Source: a virus | Taxonomy: Duplodnaviria; Caudoviricetes | Reading direction: 5' to 3' (one strand) | Length of the DNA: 64,000 nucleotides | IMG/VR virus record: IMGVR_UViG_3300022074_005559 | In this document: positions 1-9,065 of the stretch, one piece after another | Numbering within the stretch: position 1 is the stretch's first letter | Layout of the letters: each line of letters begins with the position of its first letter | Made by a program: the position numbers and the translations under genes | Notes under the pieces: generated by a model | Databases searched by the model: none | What the model was told of the DNA's origin: nothing | The model's input: the letters and a program-made list of their open reading frames with translations, nothing else

Positions 1-1
1 A

Positions 2-421
2 ATCGGTCAGTATTTGGAAAAAAGCACAGGCAAAAAGCTGAAAGATATTTCAGATAAAGAACTTGCATTTATGGCAGGACAAGGTGCAAAAGCAGGACAA
101 TCAGTCGCTCCACAAGCAGATGCTGATCCCGAGTTACAAAAAGATTTCAAAGATGCACAAACAGCAATGGATATTCCATTTGTTGGCCCAAAGATGGTTG
201 CAAAGCGTGTAAGAGACAAAATGCCAAGTGGAACCTATAGCATGTATACTCCATCAGGAGATACTGTAGACATTGATGTAGACATTAGCGGCAGTGATCT
301 AAAAGCAATCAAAAAGGCAGCAGAACGTGCTGGCAAAACTTTTCCACAAGCACTATCAGACTTACAAAGCGGCAACTTCAGCAGTGCATTAGGGCGTGTA
401 ATAGACAGGACAGTAAAATGA
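2..421 (+). CDS. hypothetical protein, 5'-truncated at window edge
   Basis: Frame is open from position 2 (IGQYLEKSTGKK...) to the stop at 421; ATGA-coupled to the next gene; no motif recognised. Confidence 0.6.
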   Translation: MGQYLEKSTGKKLKDISDKELAFMAGQGAKAGQSVAPQADADPELQKDFKDAQTAMDIPFVGPKMVAKRVRDKMPSGTYSMYTPSGDTVDIDVDISGSDLKAIKKAAERAGKTFPQALSDLQSGNFSSALGRVIDRTVK

Positions 422-1275
422 GATTGAAAGAGCTTAAAAGTAAAGTAGAATACGATCCAAAGAACAGAATGGACGATATTACTGCTCAGAGGATAGCAAA
501 GTTTGGTGATATGATTGATAGTGACCGTGAAAGAGACCCAGATGCAGCTTCTATCTCTTTGGGAGACACTAACAAACTTATTGCACAAGCAAGAGCTCAA
601 CTAAAGCATGACCGCATAAGTGACACTAAAGCTCATGCCCACAGTAAAGACGGTGTACACAAACAAGGATTTAAGCCCGTTAAGTTTCCCCCAGTTAGAT
701 GGGATCCAGATGCTCGCACTAAAGTAGATTTTCTTGATGGCGGCAGAAAAGACGTAGGCGAAATCAAAGAGGCTGTCAAAGATGAATATGGTATTGTGCG
801 TTATCCAGATACAAGTATTTCATATGTAAAGAAAGTTGGTGACAACTGGATACACATTTACGATGCAAGTTATGGATACAAAGGACCATTGGATAAAGCG
901 GATATGAAGTATTTGTCACTTATAGATGCAGACAAAGTTCCTGGTCGTCTCAAAGAAGAGATTACTTTAGAAGATACACAAGACTTTCACGAAGAGTTTG
1001 GCATGCTAGGCTACGCCGAAGAAGAAGGTGTATTCGAAGCAGAGTATCAAGGTCGTAAAGTTAAACTTAACAAGCCGATGCGTGGCGATGTAAAAAAGTT
1101 TAAAGTATATGTTAAGAATGCCAAAGGCAACGTTGTAAAAGTTAACTTCGGTGATCCAAATATGCGTATTAAGAAATCTAATCCAAAGAGACGTAAAAGT
1201 TTCCGTGCAAGACACAACTGCGATAATCCAGGTCCTAAGTGGAAGGCACGTTATTGGTCATGTCGCAAGTGGTAA
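418..1275 (+). CDS. phage protein with basic C-terminal domain (DUF6321-like)
   Basis: C-terminal RKSFRARHNC...KARYWSCRKW segment that I recognise from large phage genomes; family name is from memory. Confidence 0.6.
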   Translation: MRLKELKSKVEYDPKNRMDDITAQRIAKFGDMIDSDRERDPDAASISLGDTNKLIAQARAQLKHDRISDTKAHAHSKDGVHKQGFKPVKFPPVRWDPDARTKVDFLDGGRKDVGEIKEAVKDEYGIVRYPDTSISYVKKVGDNWIHIYDASYGYKGPLDKADMKYLSLIDADKVPGRLKEEITLEDTQDFHEEFGMLGYAEEEGVFEAEYQGRKVKLNKPMRGDVKKFKVYVKNAKGNVVKVNFGDPNMRIKKSNPKRRKSFRARHNCDNPGPKWKARYWSCRKW

Positions 1276-1279
1276 AAAC

Positions 1280-1308
1280 TTGCAAAAAATGCTAATGTAT
1301 GCTATAGT
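1280..1308 (+). promoter_or_regulatory. sigma70-type promoter
   Basis: TTGCAA (1280-1285), 17 nt, TATAGT (1303-1308), with an extended TG; ATG follows at 1314. Confidence 0.6.
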
Positions 1309-1313
1309 ACATA

Positions 1314-2381
1314 ATGACATTTACCGTTTATCAACACTGGGATCCACTTGAAGTTTGCGTCGTAGGTCAAGCATATCCACCAGAATTTTATTCGTGGATA
1401 AAAGATACTAATACTCGCGCAAAGTTCCAACAAGTAGCACAAGAAACAGAACAAGATTTTCAAACTCTAATAGCATTATTAGAACAGTTTGACGTACAAG
1501 TCATGCGTCCTAGTATTCCAAATACGTTTGAAGATTGCATGGTTGATGAAGTATGGGTACCACCTCCAGTTACACCTCGCGACTACTTTATACAAATACA
1601 TGATAAGATGTGGGTGCCTATAGTACCAAATGCAAATCATGCTCAAAATGCATTTAAGAAACAAACTGAAAAGACTTGGATAGAATTCCAAGCACATGAT
1701 CAAGCAAAGCACAATAGAAAACTAAAATTTTATTCTGATATCCTTGCACAATGCAATACACAAGAAACAACAAACACCTATATTAGTGGATGTTTTGTAA
1801 GCCGTATAGGCAATGATTTATTCTTTGCTACACAGACTATTTTTGATGATTGGGATGCTATACGCACAGAAGTAAATGCACTGTTTCCGCACACTAACAA
1901 TCATATAGTAGATGCACAGGGACACGGTGATGCAGTGTATTGTCCTGTATCACCTGGTCTTATTATAAGCATAGCAGATGAAAGTTATAAAGATAGTTTT
2001 CCTAACTGGGAGGTTGTGCATTTGCCTGAAAGTCATTATGCTGCACACAAAATGTTCCAAGCAAGCATGAAACTTAACAGTGGTAAATGGTATATTCCAG
2101 GATTTGATAGTAATCCACTTATCACCGAGACAGTTGATACATACATGGAAGATTGGATTGGTGAAGTAAGTGAAACTGTGTTTGGTGTGAATATATTGAT
2201 TATAAATCCTACTAATGTTGTGCTTGCAGAATATAACAAACAAGCAGTAGACGCACTGGAACGTTGGGGCATTACTGCACACATTGTGCCATTTAGACAC
2301 AAGTATTTTTGGGATGCAGGTATACACTGTATAACAAATGACATTAGCAGGAGAGGCGAGTGCCAACAATACCGTTTCTAG
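1314..2381 (+). CDS. amidinotransferase (glycine/inosamine-phosphate amidinotransferase family)
   Basis: HWDPLEVCVVG start, TPRD, GHGDAV, and C-terminal DAGIHCITNDI with the catalytic Cys. Confidence 0.8.
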   Translation: MTFTVYQHWDPLEVCVVGQAYPPEFYSWIKDTNTRAKFQQVAQETEQDFQTLIALLEQFDVQVMRPSIPNTFEDCMVDEVWVPPPVTPRDYFIQIHDKMWVPIVPNANHAQNAFKKQTEKTWIEFQAHDQAKHNRKLKFYSDILAQCNTQETTNTYISGCFVSRIGNDLFFATQTIFDDWDAIRTEVNALFPHTNNHIVDAQGHGDAVYCPVSPGLIISIADESYKDSFPNWEVVHLPESHYAAHKMFQASMKLNSGKWYIPGFDSNPLITETVDTYMEDWIGEVSETVFGVNILIINPTNVVLAEYNKQAVDALERWGITAHIVPFRHKYFWDAGIHCITNDISRRGECQQYRF

Positions 2382-3214
2382 AAATGCAAGTCAATCAAGC
2401 ATGTAACCTAAGTTGCAAAGGTTGTAGTACATTCAGTGATTTAAAATGGAATGGATACCATACATGGGAAGAAGGGCGCGGTTGGTTAGAGCCTTGGATT
2501 GGTAAACTAGACATTCTTGCTATAGGATTCATGGGCGGCGAGCCTTTACTTAACCCAACTATTAAACAGTGGATACAAGGTGTGCATGAACTGTTACCTA
2601 ATGCACAACAACGATTTGTCACAAACGGTACACTTATACAAAAGCATTGGGATGTATTTCATTTGCTTAGAGATATAGGCAACAGTGTTTTTAAAATAAC
2701 ATATCATGTTGGCACTCCAGCACTAGACGAAGCAATAGAAAGAATCTTTGCACAATTCGATTGGGAACAAGTAGAAGAGTTTGGTATAGTGCGTTGGCGT
2801 GAGCGTGGCACAGATTTTCGTTTTCAAATAAACAAGCCAGACACATTTGTACAAGTATTCCGCAACGACTACGAAAACATGGCTCCGTTTAACAGCAACC
2901 CAGTAGAAGCATTTGATGCTTGTTGCCAACAACGTTGTCCGTTACTATACAAAGGTAAAATATATAAGTGCGGGCACTTAGCATATCTTCCTGAGTTGTT
3001 AGATAGATTTGATAGACCAAACTATGATCTTTGGGAACCAGCACTAGGACACGGACACAGTGCAGGAGACGACATGCAAGCGTTTGCAAATAACTTTGGA
3101 AGACCACACAGTGTTTGTACAATATGTCCTACAGCAAAAAACACAGAACAGTTTATAGATCACTATAAACATATTGACATAAAGTCCAAACTACCATATA
3201 CTATACAAACTTAA
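2360..3214 (+). CDS. radical SAM protein with C-terminal Cys-rich (SPASM/twitch-like) domain
   Basis: CNLSCKGC, GGEPLL, TNGT; C-terminal CCQQRC...KC and CTIC. Confidence 0.85.
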   Translation: MPTIPFLEMQVNQACNLSCKGCSTFSDLKWNGYHTWEEGRGWLEPWIGKLDILAIGFMGGEPLLNPTIKQWIQGVHELLPNAQQRFVTNGTLIQKHWDVFHLLRDIGNSVFKITYHVGTPALDEAIERIFAQFDWEQVEEFGIVRWRERGTDFRFQINKPDTFVQVFRNDYENMAPFNSNPVEAFDACCQQRCPLLYKGKIYKCGHLAYLPELLDRFDRPNYDLWEPALGHGHSAGDDMQAFANNFGRPHSVCTICPTAKNTEQFIDHYKHIDIKSKLPYTIQT

Positions 3215-3230
3215 ACATAAGGAGTGATAC

Positions 3231-3497
3231 ATGAGTGATACTGGCGATCGAGTCTTTAATCCAGAAGAGAAGGCAAAACTCACACAACTTGTCAACGAAG
3301 GCTTGACAGTTATGCAGGAAGTCGACGATCTAAACGCAGGTCTAAACGACACAATCAAAGCAGTAGCGGAAGAAATGCAAATCAAACCCACAGTGCTTAA
3401 AAAAGCAGTGCGCACAGCATACAAAGCAGAGTTTGATAAAGTTACTGACGAATACAGCGAACTGGAAAATATCCTAGCAACAGTTGGCAAGATTTAA
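3231..3497 (+). CDS. dsDNA-binding protein, T4 DsbA / GapR-like
   Basis: 88-aa helical protein with the IKAVAEEMQIKPTVLKKAVRTAYK pattern; SD AAGGAG upstream. Confidence 0.6.
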   Translation: MSDTGDRVFNPEEKAKLTQLVNEGLTVMQEVDDLNAGLNDTIKAVAEEMQIKPTVLKKAVRTAYKAEFDKVTDEYSELENILATVGKI

Positions 3498-3706
3498 TGA
3501 CAGGACAAAGACGATGGCTTAAAGTTTGGAGTAGAACTGTGGGCATGCCTATGGGACTTACCGACGACGATAAACCAGAGTTTTTGCCTATCAAACAATC
3601 AGATGTAAGCAAAGCACTTGCATTTAGAACATTTTGGATAGTATTGCATATTGCAACCTGTGCAATGATTATTGCAGGCAACGGAAGAGGTTTAGGATTT
3701 TGGTAA
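3497..3706 (+). CDS. small membrane protein
   Basis: 69 aa, one hydrophobic helix, TAATG-coupled. Confidence 0.6.
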   Translation: MTGQRRWLKVWSRTVGMPMGLTDDDKPEFLPIKQSDVSKALAFRTFWIVLHIATCAMIIAGNGRGLGFW

Positions 3707-3981
3707 AAGTAAGAAAGTTTTTCTACAATAGTTACAAACTTAGTCCACTTGCATTTTACTGTGAAATGATAGAAGCACTATTTCTTATCAGTGCAAGTGC
3801 TATACTCAGTGTGACTATATTAGATCCTGACGGATGGACATTTGTGCCACTGTATCTTATAGGTAGCATACTAGGTATCGTTAGTGCTATAATAAGAAAA
3901 GCAGCATTTGTCATTGTATTATGTAGTTGGTTCACAGCAATGAACTTGTTTGCACTTGTACAACTAATAGGGGCACTTTAA
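3700..3981 (+). CDS. small multi-pass membrane protein
   Basis: Three hydrophobic segments; stop overlaps the polymerase ATG; start uncertain (TTG 3700 chosen). Confidence 0.55.
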   Translation: MVKVRKFFYNSYKLSPLAFYCEMIEALFLISASAILSVTILDPDGWTFVPLYLIGSILGIVSAIIRKAAFVIVLCSWFTAMNLFALVQLIGAL

Positions 3982-6641
3982 TGAGTTATGTAGACGCATG
4001 GTTCGATAGAGAACGTGACAGGATACATGTAGTCGAACGTGTAAATGGAAAGCGAGAGTATCGCGAGTATCCTGCCAACTATGTGTTTTACTATGATGAT
4101 CCACGTGGTAAACATCGTACTATCTATGATAAACCTGTGAGTAGATTTGCTACACGCAATCGCAAAGAGTTTCAACGTGAACTTAAAATACACGGCGGCA
4201 AGGGTGTATGGGAAAGCGACATCAATCCTGTGTTCCGTTGTTTAGCGGACAACTATCTCGGAGCAGATGCTCCTAAACTACAAACTGCTTTTTTCGATAT
4301 TGAGGTAGACTTCCACAAAGAAAAAGGCTATAGTAGTCCTGAGGATCCTTTTAATCCTATTACAGCAATCTCAATCTACTTAGACTGGACAGACACACTT
4401 GTTACATTGGCTATCCCGCCTGGTGGTATGACAATGGAAACTGCTAAGGATCTAACAAAACGTTTTGATAACACATATCTGTTTACCAGTGAAGCAGAGA
4501 TGCTACAAGTGTTTTTAGACTTGTTAGAAGATGCAGACATTGTAAGTGGATGGAACAGTGAAGGTTATGATATTCCTTACACAGTAAACCGTATTACTCG
4601 TGTGCTTAGTAAAGATGATAACCGAAAGTGGTGCTTGTTCGGTCAACAGCCTAAGAAACGCACATTTGAACGCTTTGGTAAAGAAAGTCAAACATTTGAC
4701 CTAGTAGGGCGTGTACACTTGGATTACATGCAACTGTATCGCAAGTATACATACGAAGAGCGTCACAGTTATACACTGGATGCTATCGGTGAACATGAAC
4801 TAGATGAACGCAAGGTTGCATATGAAGGTACACTGGATCAGTTATACAACCAAGACTTTGAAAAGTTCATTGACTATAACAGACAAGATACTGCACTGCT
4901 AAACAAACTGGACAAGAAACTGCGATTTATTGACCTAAGTAATGTGTTGGCACATGAAAACACTGTGCTACTAATGACCACAATGGGTGCGGTTGCTGTG
5001 ACAGAGCAGGCTATCATTAATGACGCACATGCTCGCGGTATGGTTGTTCCCAATCGTAAAAACAGAGACGGTGAAAGCACTACAGCGGCAGGTGCATATG
5101 TAGCATATCCTAAAAAAGGATTGCATGACTGGATTGGTGCTATTGACATCAACAGTTTGTATCCTAGTGTGATTCGTGCGCTTAACATGGGTCCAGAGAC
5201 TGTGGTAGGACAACTGCGTCAAACAATGACTGACCATGCAGTGCGCACAAAGATGGCAGACAAAAAGAGTTTTGCTGATGCGTGGGAAGGCGAGTTTGGT
5301 AGCAAAGAGTATCAAGCAGTTATGAACATGGAGCGTGGCACTGAGATTACCATTGACTGGGAGAACGGTGACGAGGATACGCTTAGTGCATATGATGTAT
5401 GGCGTCTTATGTTTGACAGTAATCAACCTTGGACGCTGAGTGCTAACGGAACCATCTTTACATATGAGCGTAAGGGCATTATCCCTGCATTGCTTGAACG
5501 TTGGTACAGCGAACGCAAAGACATGCAAAAAGAATTAAAGAAGGCAAAGGATGAACAAGGCGATGTTGAATATTGGGATAAGCGACAGTTGGTTAAGAAG
5601 ATTAATCTCAATAGTTTATATGGTGCTATTCTTAATCCTGGGTGTCGTTTTTTTGACCATCGTATTGGGCAATCAACAACTCTTACTGGAAGGTGCATCT
5701 CCAAGCGTATGGCTGAAACAGTTAATGGTCTCCTTACAGGAAAAGAAGATCATGTAGGCGATGCCATTGTATATGGCGATACAGACAGTGTGTACTTTAG
5801 TGCATGGCCCATGATGCAAGAAGAAGTAGAAGCAGGTCGGCAAGAGTGGACCAAAGAGATCGTTACACAACTCTATGATGGCATTGCGGATCAAGTCAAT
5901 GAGGAGTTTCCTGTGTTTATGGAACGTGCTTTTCATTGTCCGCGTGAGAATGGTGAGATTATCCGAGGCGGCAGAGAGATTGTTGCTACTAAAGGACTGT
6001 ACATTACTAAGAAGCGTTACGCGGCATTGATATATGACTTGGAAGGTTTCCGTTTGGACACAGATGGCAAGCCAGGTAAAGTAAAAGCAATGGGCTTGGA
6101 TCTCAAGCGCAGTGACACACCTAAAGTAATGCAGGACTTCATGAGCGAACTACTGCTGGATGTACTAACTGGTAGCCAGCGTGAAGAGATCATTGAAAAG
6201 ATCAAAGAGTTTAAGAATACGTTTCATGAGCGTCCAGGTTGGGAAAAAGGCACACCCAAGCGTGTGAACAACTTGACCAAGTACAGTGCAGAAGAAAAGC
6301 GACTGGGCAAAGCAAACATGCCTGGACACGTTAGAGCGGCAATGAACTGGAACAACATGCGTAAGATGAATGGTGACAAGTACAGTTCAGAGATCATGGA
6401 TGGTGCTAAAACTATCGTGTGTAAACTTAAAAGCAATCCACTTGGCTGGACTAGCATTGGCTATCCCACAGATGAAACACAACTTCCGCAATGGTTTAAA
6501 GAACTACCATTTGATGACAGTTTGATGGAAGCAACTATTGTTGATCAAAAGATTGACAACCTGCTCAGTGTTCTTAAGTGGGATCTCAAAGGTGCAACAC
6601 AAACTGCTAACACATTTGACGATTTATTCTCCTTTGAGTAA
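3981..6641 (+). CDS. family B DNA polymerase with 3'-5' exonuclease domain
   Basis: Exo motifs FFDIE, SGWNSEGYDIPY, YNRQD; polymerase motifs DINSLYPS, KINLNSLYG, YGDTDS, KKRY. Start at MSYVDAW (TAATG). Confidence 0.97.
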   Translation: MSYVDAWFDRERDRIHVVERVNGKREYREYPANYVFYYDDPRGKHRTIYDKPVSRFATRNRKEFQRELKIHGGKGVWESDINPVFRCLADNYLGADAPKLQTAFFDIEVDFHKEKGYSSPEDPFNPITAISIYLDWTDTLVTLAIPPGGMTMETAKDLTKRFDNTYLFTSEAEMLQVFLDLLEDADIVSGWNSEGYDIPYTVNRITRVLSKDDNRKWCLFGQQPKKRTFERFGKESQTFDLVGRVHLDYMQLYRKYTYEERHSYTLDAIGEHELDERKVAYEGTLDQLYNQDFEKFIDYNRQDTALLNKLDKKLRFIDLSNVLAHENTVLLMTTMGAVAVTEQAIINDAHARGMVVPNRKNRDGESTTAAGAYVAYPKKGLHDWIGAIDINSLYPSVIRALNMGPETVVGQLRQTMTDHAVRTKMADKKSFADAWEGEFGSKEYQAVMNMERGTEITIDWENGDEDTLSAYDVWRLMFDSNQPWTLSANGTIFTYERKGIIPALLERWYSERKDMQKELKKAKDEQGDVEYWDKRQLVKKINLNSLYGAILNPGCRFFDHRIGQSTTLTGRCISKRMAETVNGLLTGKEDHVGDAIVYGDTDSVYFSAWPMMQEEVEAGRQEWTKEIVTQLYDGIADQVNEEFPVFMERAFHCPRENGEIIRGGREIVATKGLYITKKRYAALIYDLEGFRLDTDGKPGKVKAMGLDLKRSDTPKVMQDFMSELLLDVLTGSQREEIIEKIKEFKNTFHERPGWEKGTPKRVNNLTKYSAEEKRLGKANMPGHVRAAMNWNNMRKMNGDKYSSEIMDGAKTIVCKLKSNPLGWTSIGYPTDETQLPQWFKELPFDDSLMEATIVDQKIDNLLSVLKWDLKGATQTANTFDDLFSFE

Positions 6642-6649
6642 TATACGCA

Positions 6650-6657
6650 TATAAATA
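6650..6657 (+). promoter_or_regulatory. T4-type late promoter consensus TATAAATA
   Basis: Exact TATAAATA in the short intergenic gap, followed by SD GGAGG and ATG 6676. Confidence 0.5.
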
Positions 6658-6675
6658 CAAAGCGGAGGATGTTCG

Positions 6676-7656
6676 ATGAAACTTGTAGATAAACTTATAC
6701 TGCTCACACGTTTTCTTAGAGATAACAAGCAGTATGAACTTGACATCGAAGTAACTTTGCAACAGCATCAAAGTTACTGGCAGGATCAGCAACGGTATTA
6801 TAAAGATAAGCGCCGGCATGATAGACTAGACGGCATTTTGCAACAGATGCGAGATTTGCGAGTAGAATACACTAATGCTCTTGCTGATCTAAATCAACAT
6901 ACCGGCAACATGCTTCGCGAAGAAACAGTTGATATACTGCGTAGAGATTATCAAAAGTTCGATACTATTAAGCCAGATTTAGCACTTATGAATGATCGTG
7001 TAGAAGCACTAGATCCAGAGTTTACAAAAAAAGTAAGCAGAGATATTGGATACTACAGCGACTGGCGTTGGGCAGGAGTTGAACTAAATCCAAGTAACGG
7101 GTTACTAACCAGACAGTTTTTATCCTGTGATCCTTTGTATTTGTATACAGATCAGGTTGTTGATAAAGATATTGTAAGAAACAAGTTTAATAAATTTTTT
7201 GCTGAAAAACGTATGATGTTTGTAGACAAGATACATCACATTCCGCAAGGGCACCTAGGGCTTGCAGTTACAGTAAACTTGTTTGAGTTTTGGCCCATGG
7301 ATCCTATCAAAACACATGTAAAACAGGTATATGATTTACTACTTCCCGGCGGACACTTTATTTTTAGTTACAATGATTGTGAACATATAGCCGCACTTGA
7401 TTTGTGCGCAAATGACTATAGAAGTTACAATAGCAAAGAACTAATGAGTAGAATGGTAGAAATGTTTGGATTTGACATAGTGAAAACTGCTGAAGTATGC
7501 AATGGTGCTCATAGTTGGATGGTTGTAAAAAAACCAGGCGAACTTACAAGTCAAAAGCTCACTAGTCCACTTGTCAAGATTGAAACTCCTGAACGCTACA
7601 CCAAAGGTTGCGCTCCAGGCAACCCAAACTATCAACCCGAAAATCATAAAAAATAA
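6676..7656 (+). CDS. class I SAM-dependent methyltransferase-like protein
   Basis: N-terminal coiled-coil, then a Rossmann-like core with the QVYDLLLPGGHFIFSY motif; substrate unknown. Confidence 0.55.
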   Translation: MKLVDKLILLTRFLRDNKQYELDIEVTLQQHQSYWQDQQRYYKDKRRHDRLDGILQQMRDLRVEYTNALADLNQHTGNMLREETVDILRRDYQKFDTIKPDLALMNDRVEALDPEFTKKVSRDIGYYSDWRWAGVELNPSNGLLTRQFLSCDPLYLYTDQVVDKDIVRNKFNKFFAEKRMMFVDKIHHIPQGHLGLAVTVNLFEFWPMDPIKTHVKQVYDLLLPGGHFIFSYNDCEHIAALDLCANDYRSYNSKELMSRMVEMFGFDIVKTAEVCNGAHSWMVVKKPGELTSQKLTSPLVKIETPERYTKGCAPGNPNYQPENHKK

Positions 7657-7657
7657 C

Positions 7658-7686
7658 TTGACTTTCCACCCAAACTTAACTATAAT
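7658..7686 (+). promoter_or_regulatory. sigma70-type promoter
   Basis: TTGACT (7658-7663), 17 nt, TATAAT (7681-7686); SD AAGGA before ATG 7717. Confidence 0.7.
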
Positions 7687-7716
7687 AGATACATATTAAA
7701 CATAAAGGACAACTCG

Positions 7717-8448
7717 ATGAAAGATTATCTACTCGACATTGTCAAGCATACACATTCGCTTGGCTTCATTAGTCTTGTAAAAGTTACAGGCACAGACAAA
7801 ACCACAACAATAGAAGGACTTGCAGAAGACCGAAGTGTTATTTTGCAAGCAACTACAAAGACTCCAGTAGCAGACTTTATTGGCACATTTGGTATGCCTA
7901 ATCTGGACAAACTTGGCGTCATCCTGCGTATCCCAGAATACAACGAAGATGCTAAGATCAGTATCAACACACAAGAGCGCAACGGTGAAGATGTACCAGT
8001 TGGCATTCATTTTGAAAATGCCGGCGGAGACTTTAAGAACGATTATCGCTTTATGGCAAGCGAGATCATTAATGAAAAGCTCAAGAGCGTGAAGATGCGA
8101 GCAGTTAACTGGGGCATTGAGTTTGAACCTAGTGTTGCAAGCATTCAACGTTTCAAGTTTATGATTAGTGCTAATAGCGAAGAAACAACATTCCTTGCTA
8201 AGACAGAAGGCACAGACCTTAAGTTCTTCTTTGGCGACCACAGTACACACGCAGGTAACTTTGTGTTCCAACATGATGTAGGTGGTGCTATTACACGTGG
8301 ATGGGCATGGCCCGTTGAACAAGTCAGCAAGATTCTCAGCCTCGGCGGTGATACAACATTTAAGTTCAGTGATGACGGTGTTGCTGAGATTGTTGTAGAC
8401 AGTGGACTTGCAGAGTATCGCTACTTGCTTCCTGCACAAAGCAAGTAA
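7717..8448 (+). CDS. DNA polymerase sliding clamp (gp45/PCNA-like)
   Basis: 243 aa with alternating beta/alpha pattern, close to the polymerase gene, ending YRYLLPA as in clamp C-termini. Confidence 0.7.
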   Translation: MKDYLLDIVKHTHSLGFISLVKVTGTDKTTTIEGLAEDRSVILQATTKTPVADFIGTFGMPNLDKLGVILRIPEYNEDAKISINTQERNGEDVPVGIHFENAGGDFKNDYRFMASEIINEKLKSVKMRAVNWGIEFEPSVASIQRFKFMISANSEETTFLAKTEGTDLKFFFGDHSTHAGNFVFQHDVGGAITRGWAWPVEQVSKILSLGGDTTFKFSDDGVAEIVVDSGLAEYRYLLPAQSK

Positions 8449-9065
8449 TGGCAGACTTCTTTCGTCCTCGTTCTTATGCTATGAAAGTTGATCCAACGCT
8501 GAAATATGCGTGGATCAACATTCCTAAAAACGGAAGTAGTTTCATACAAAAAGTACTAGACGACAATGCTTGGAATGATGTACCTGATGACTTAATTAAC
8601 AGCATTGCAGAATCTCCTAGCATAAAGAAACTTGTTGTGTTACGCGATCCTGTAGAACGCTGGATCAGTGGCTTTGCACAATGTATGAGTGATCAACACA
8701 TTGACATATTGGGTTTGCTAGACAATGATAGATTTAAAAGCACTGTTATGCTGAATCCAGTATATGATGATCATACAGAATATCAACATAGATTTATAGG
8801 TAATGCACAAAACTTAGTGTATATCTATATGGCAAAAAAAAGACCTAACGAATTTTATAGACTACTTAGTGCTTGGATTAGAAAAACTGGCGGTGTTGCT
8901 GATTTTGATAACTGGCGAGATCCTGTAAACCCTGCAAAAAATAACGCTAATAAACTTGCAATCTGCAATAAACTTCGTGAACAGTTTTACAAAGACAGAA
9001 CATTAAAAGACTTACACAAGAAAGACTACGAACTGCTTAACAAATATGACAAATTTACCAACTAA
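8448..9065 (+). CDS. sulfotransferase family protein (Sulfotransfer_2-like)
   Basis: 5'-PSB-like IPKNGSSFI and 3'-PB-like VVLRDPVERWISG motifs. Confidence 0.75.
   Translation: MADFFRPRSYAMKVDPTLKYAWINIPKNGSSFIQKVLDDNAWNDVPDDLINSIAESPSIKKLVVLRDPVERWISGFAQCMSDQHIDILGLLDNDRFKSTVMLNPVYDDHTEYQHRFIGNAQNLVYIYMAKKRPNEFYRLLSAWIRKTGGVADFDNWRDPVNPAKNNANKLAICNKLREQFYKDRTLKDLHKKDYELLNKYDKFTN

Noticed and set aside
3981-6641. Intron or intein in the polymerase (also checked thyX and rnh)
   Set aside because: Motifs are colinear at normal spacing and the length is typical; no splice-junction motifs seen.
6676-7656. DNA methyltransferase
   Set aside because: No DPPY/NPPY or PC motif; the substrate cannot be assigned from sequence.
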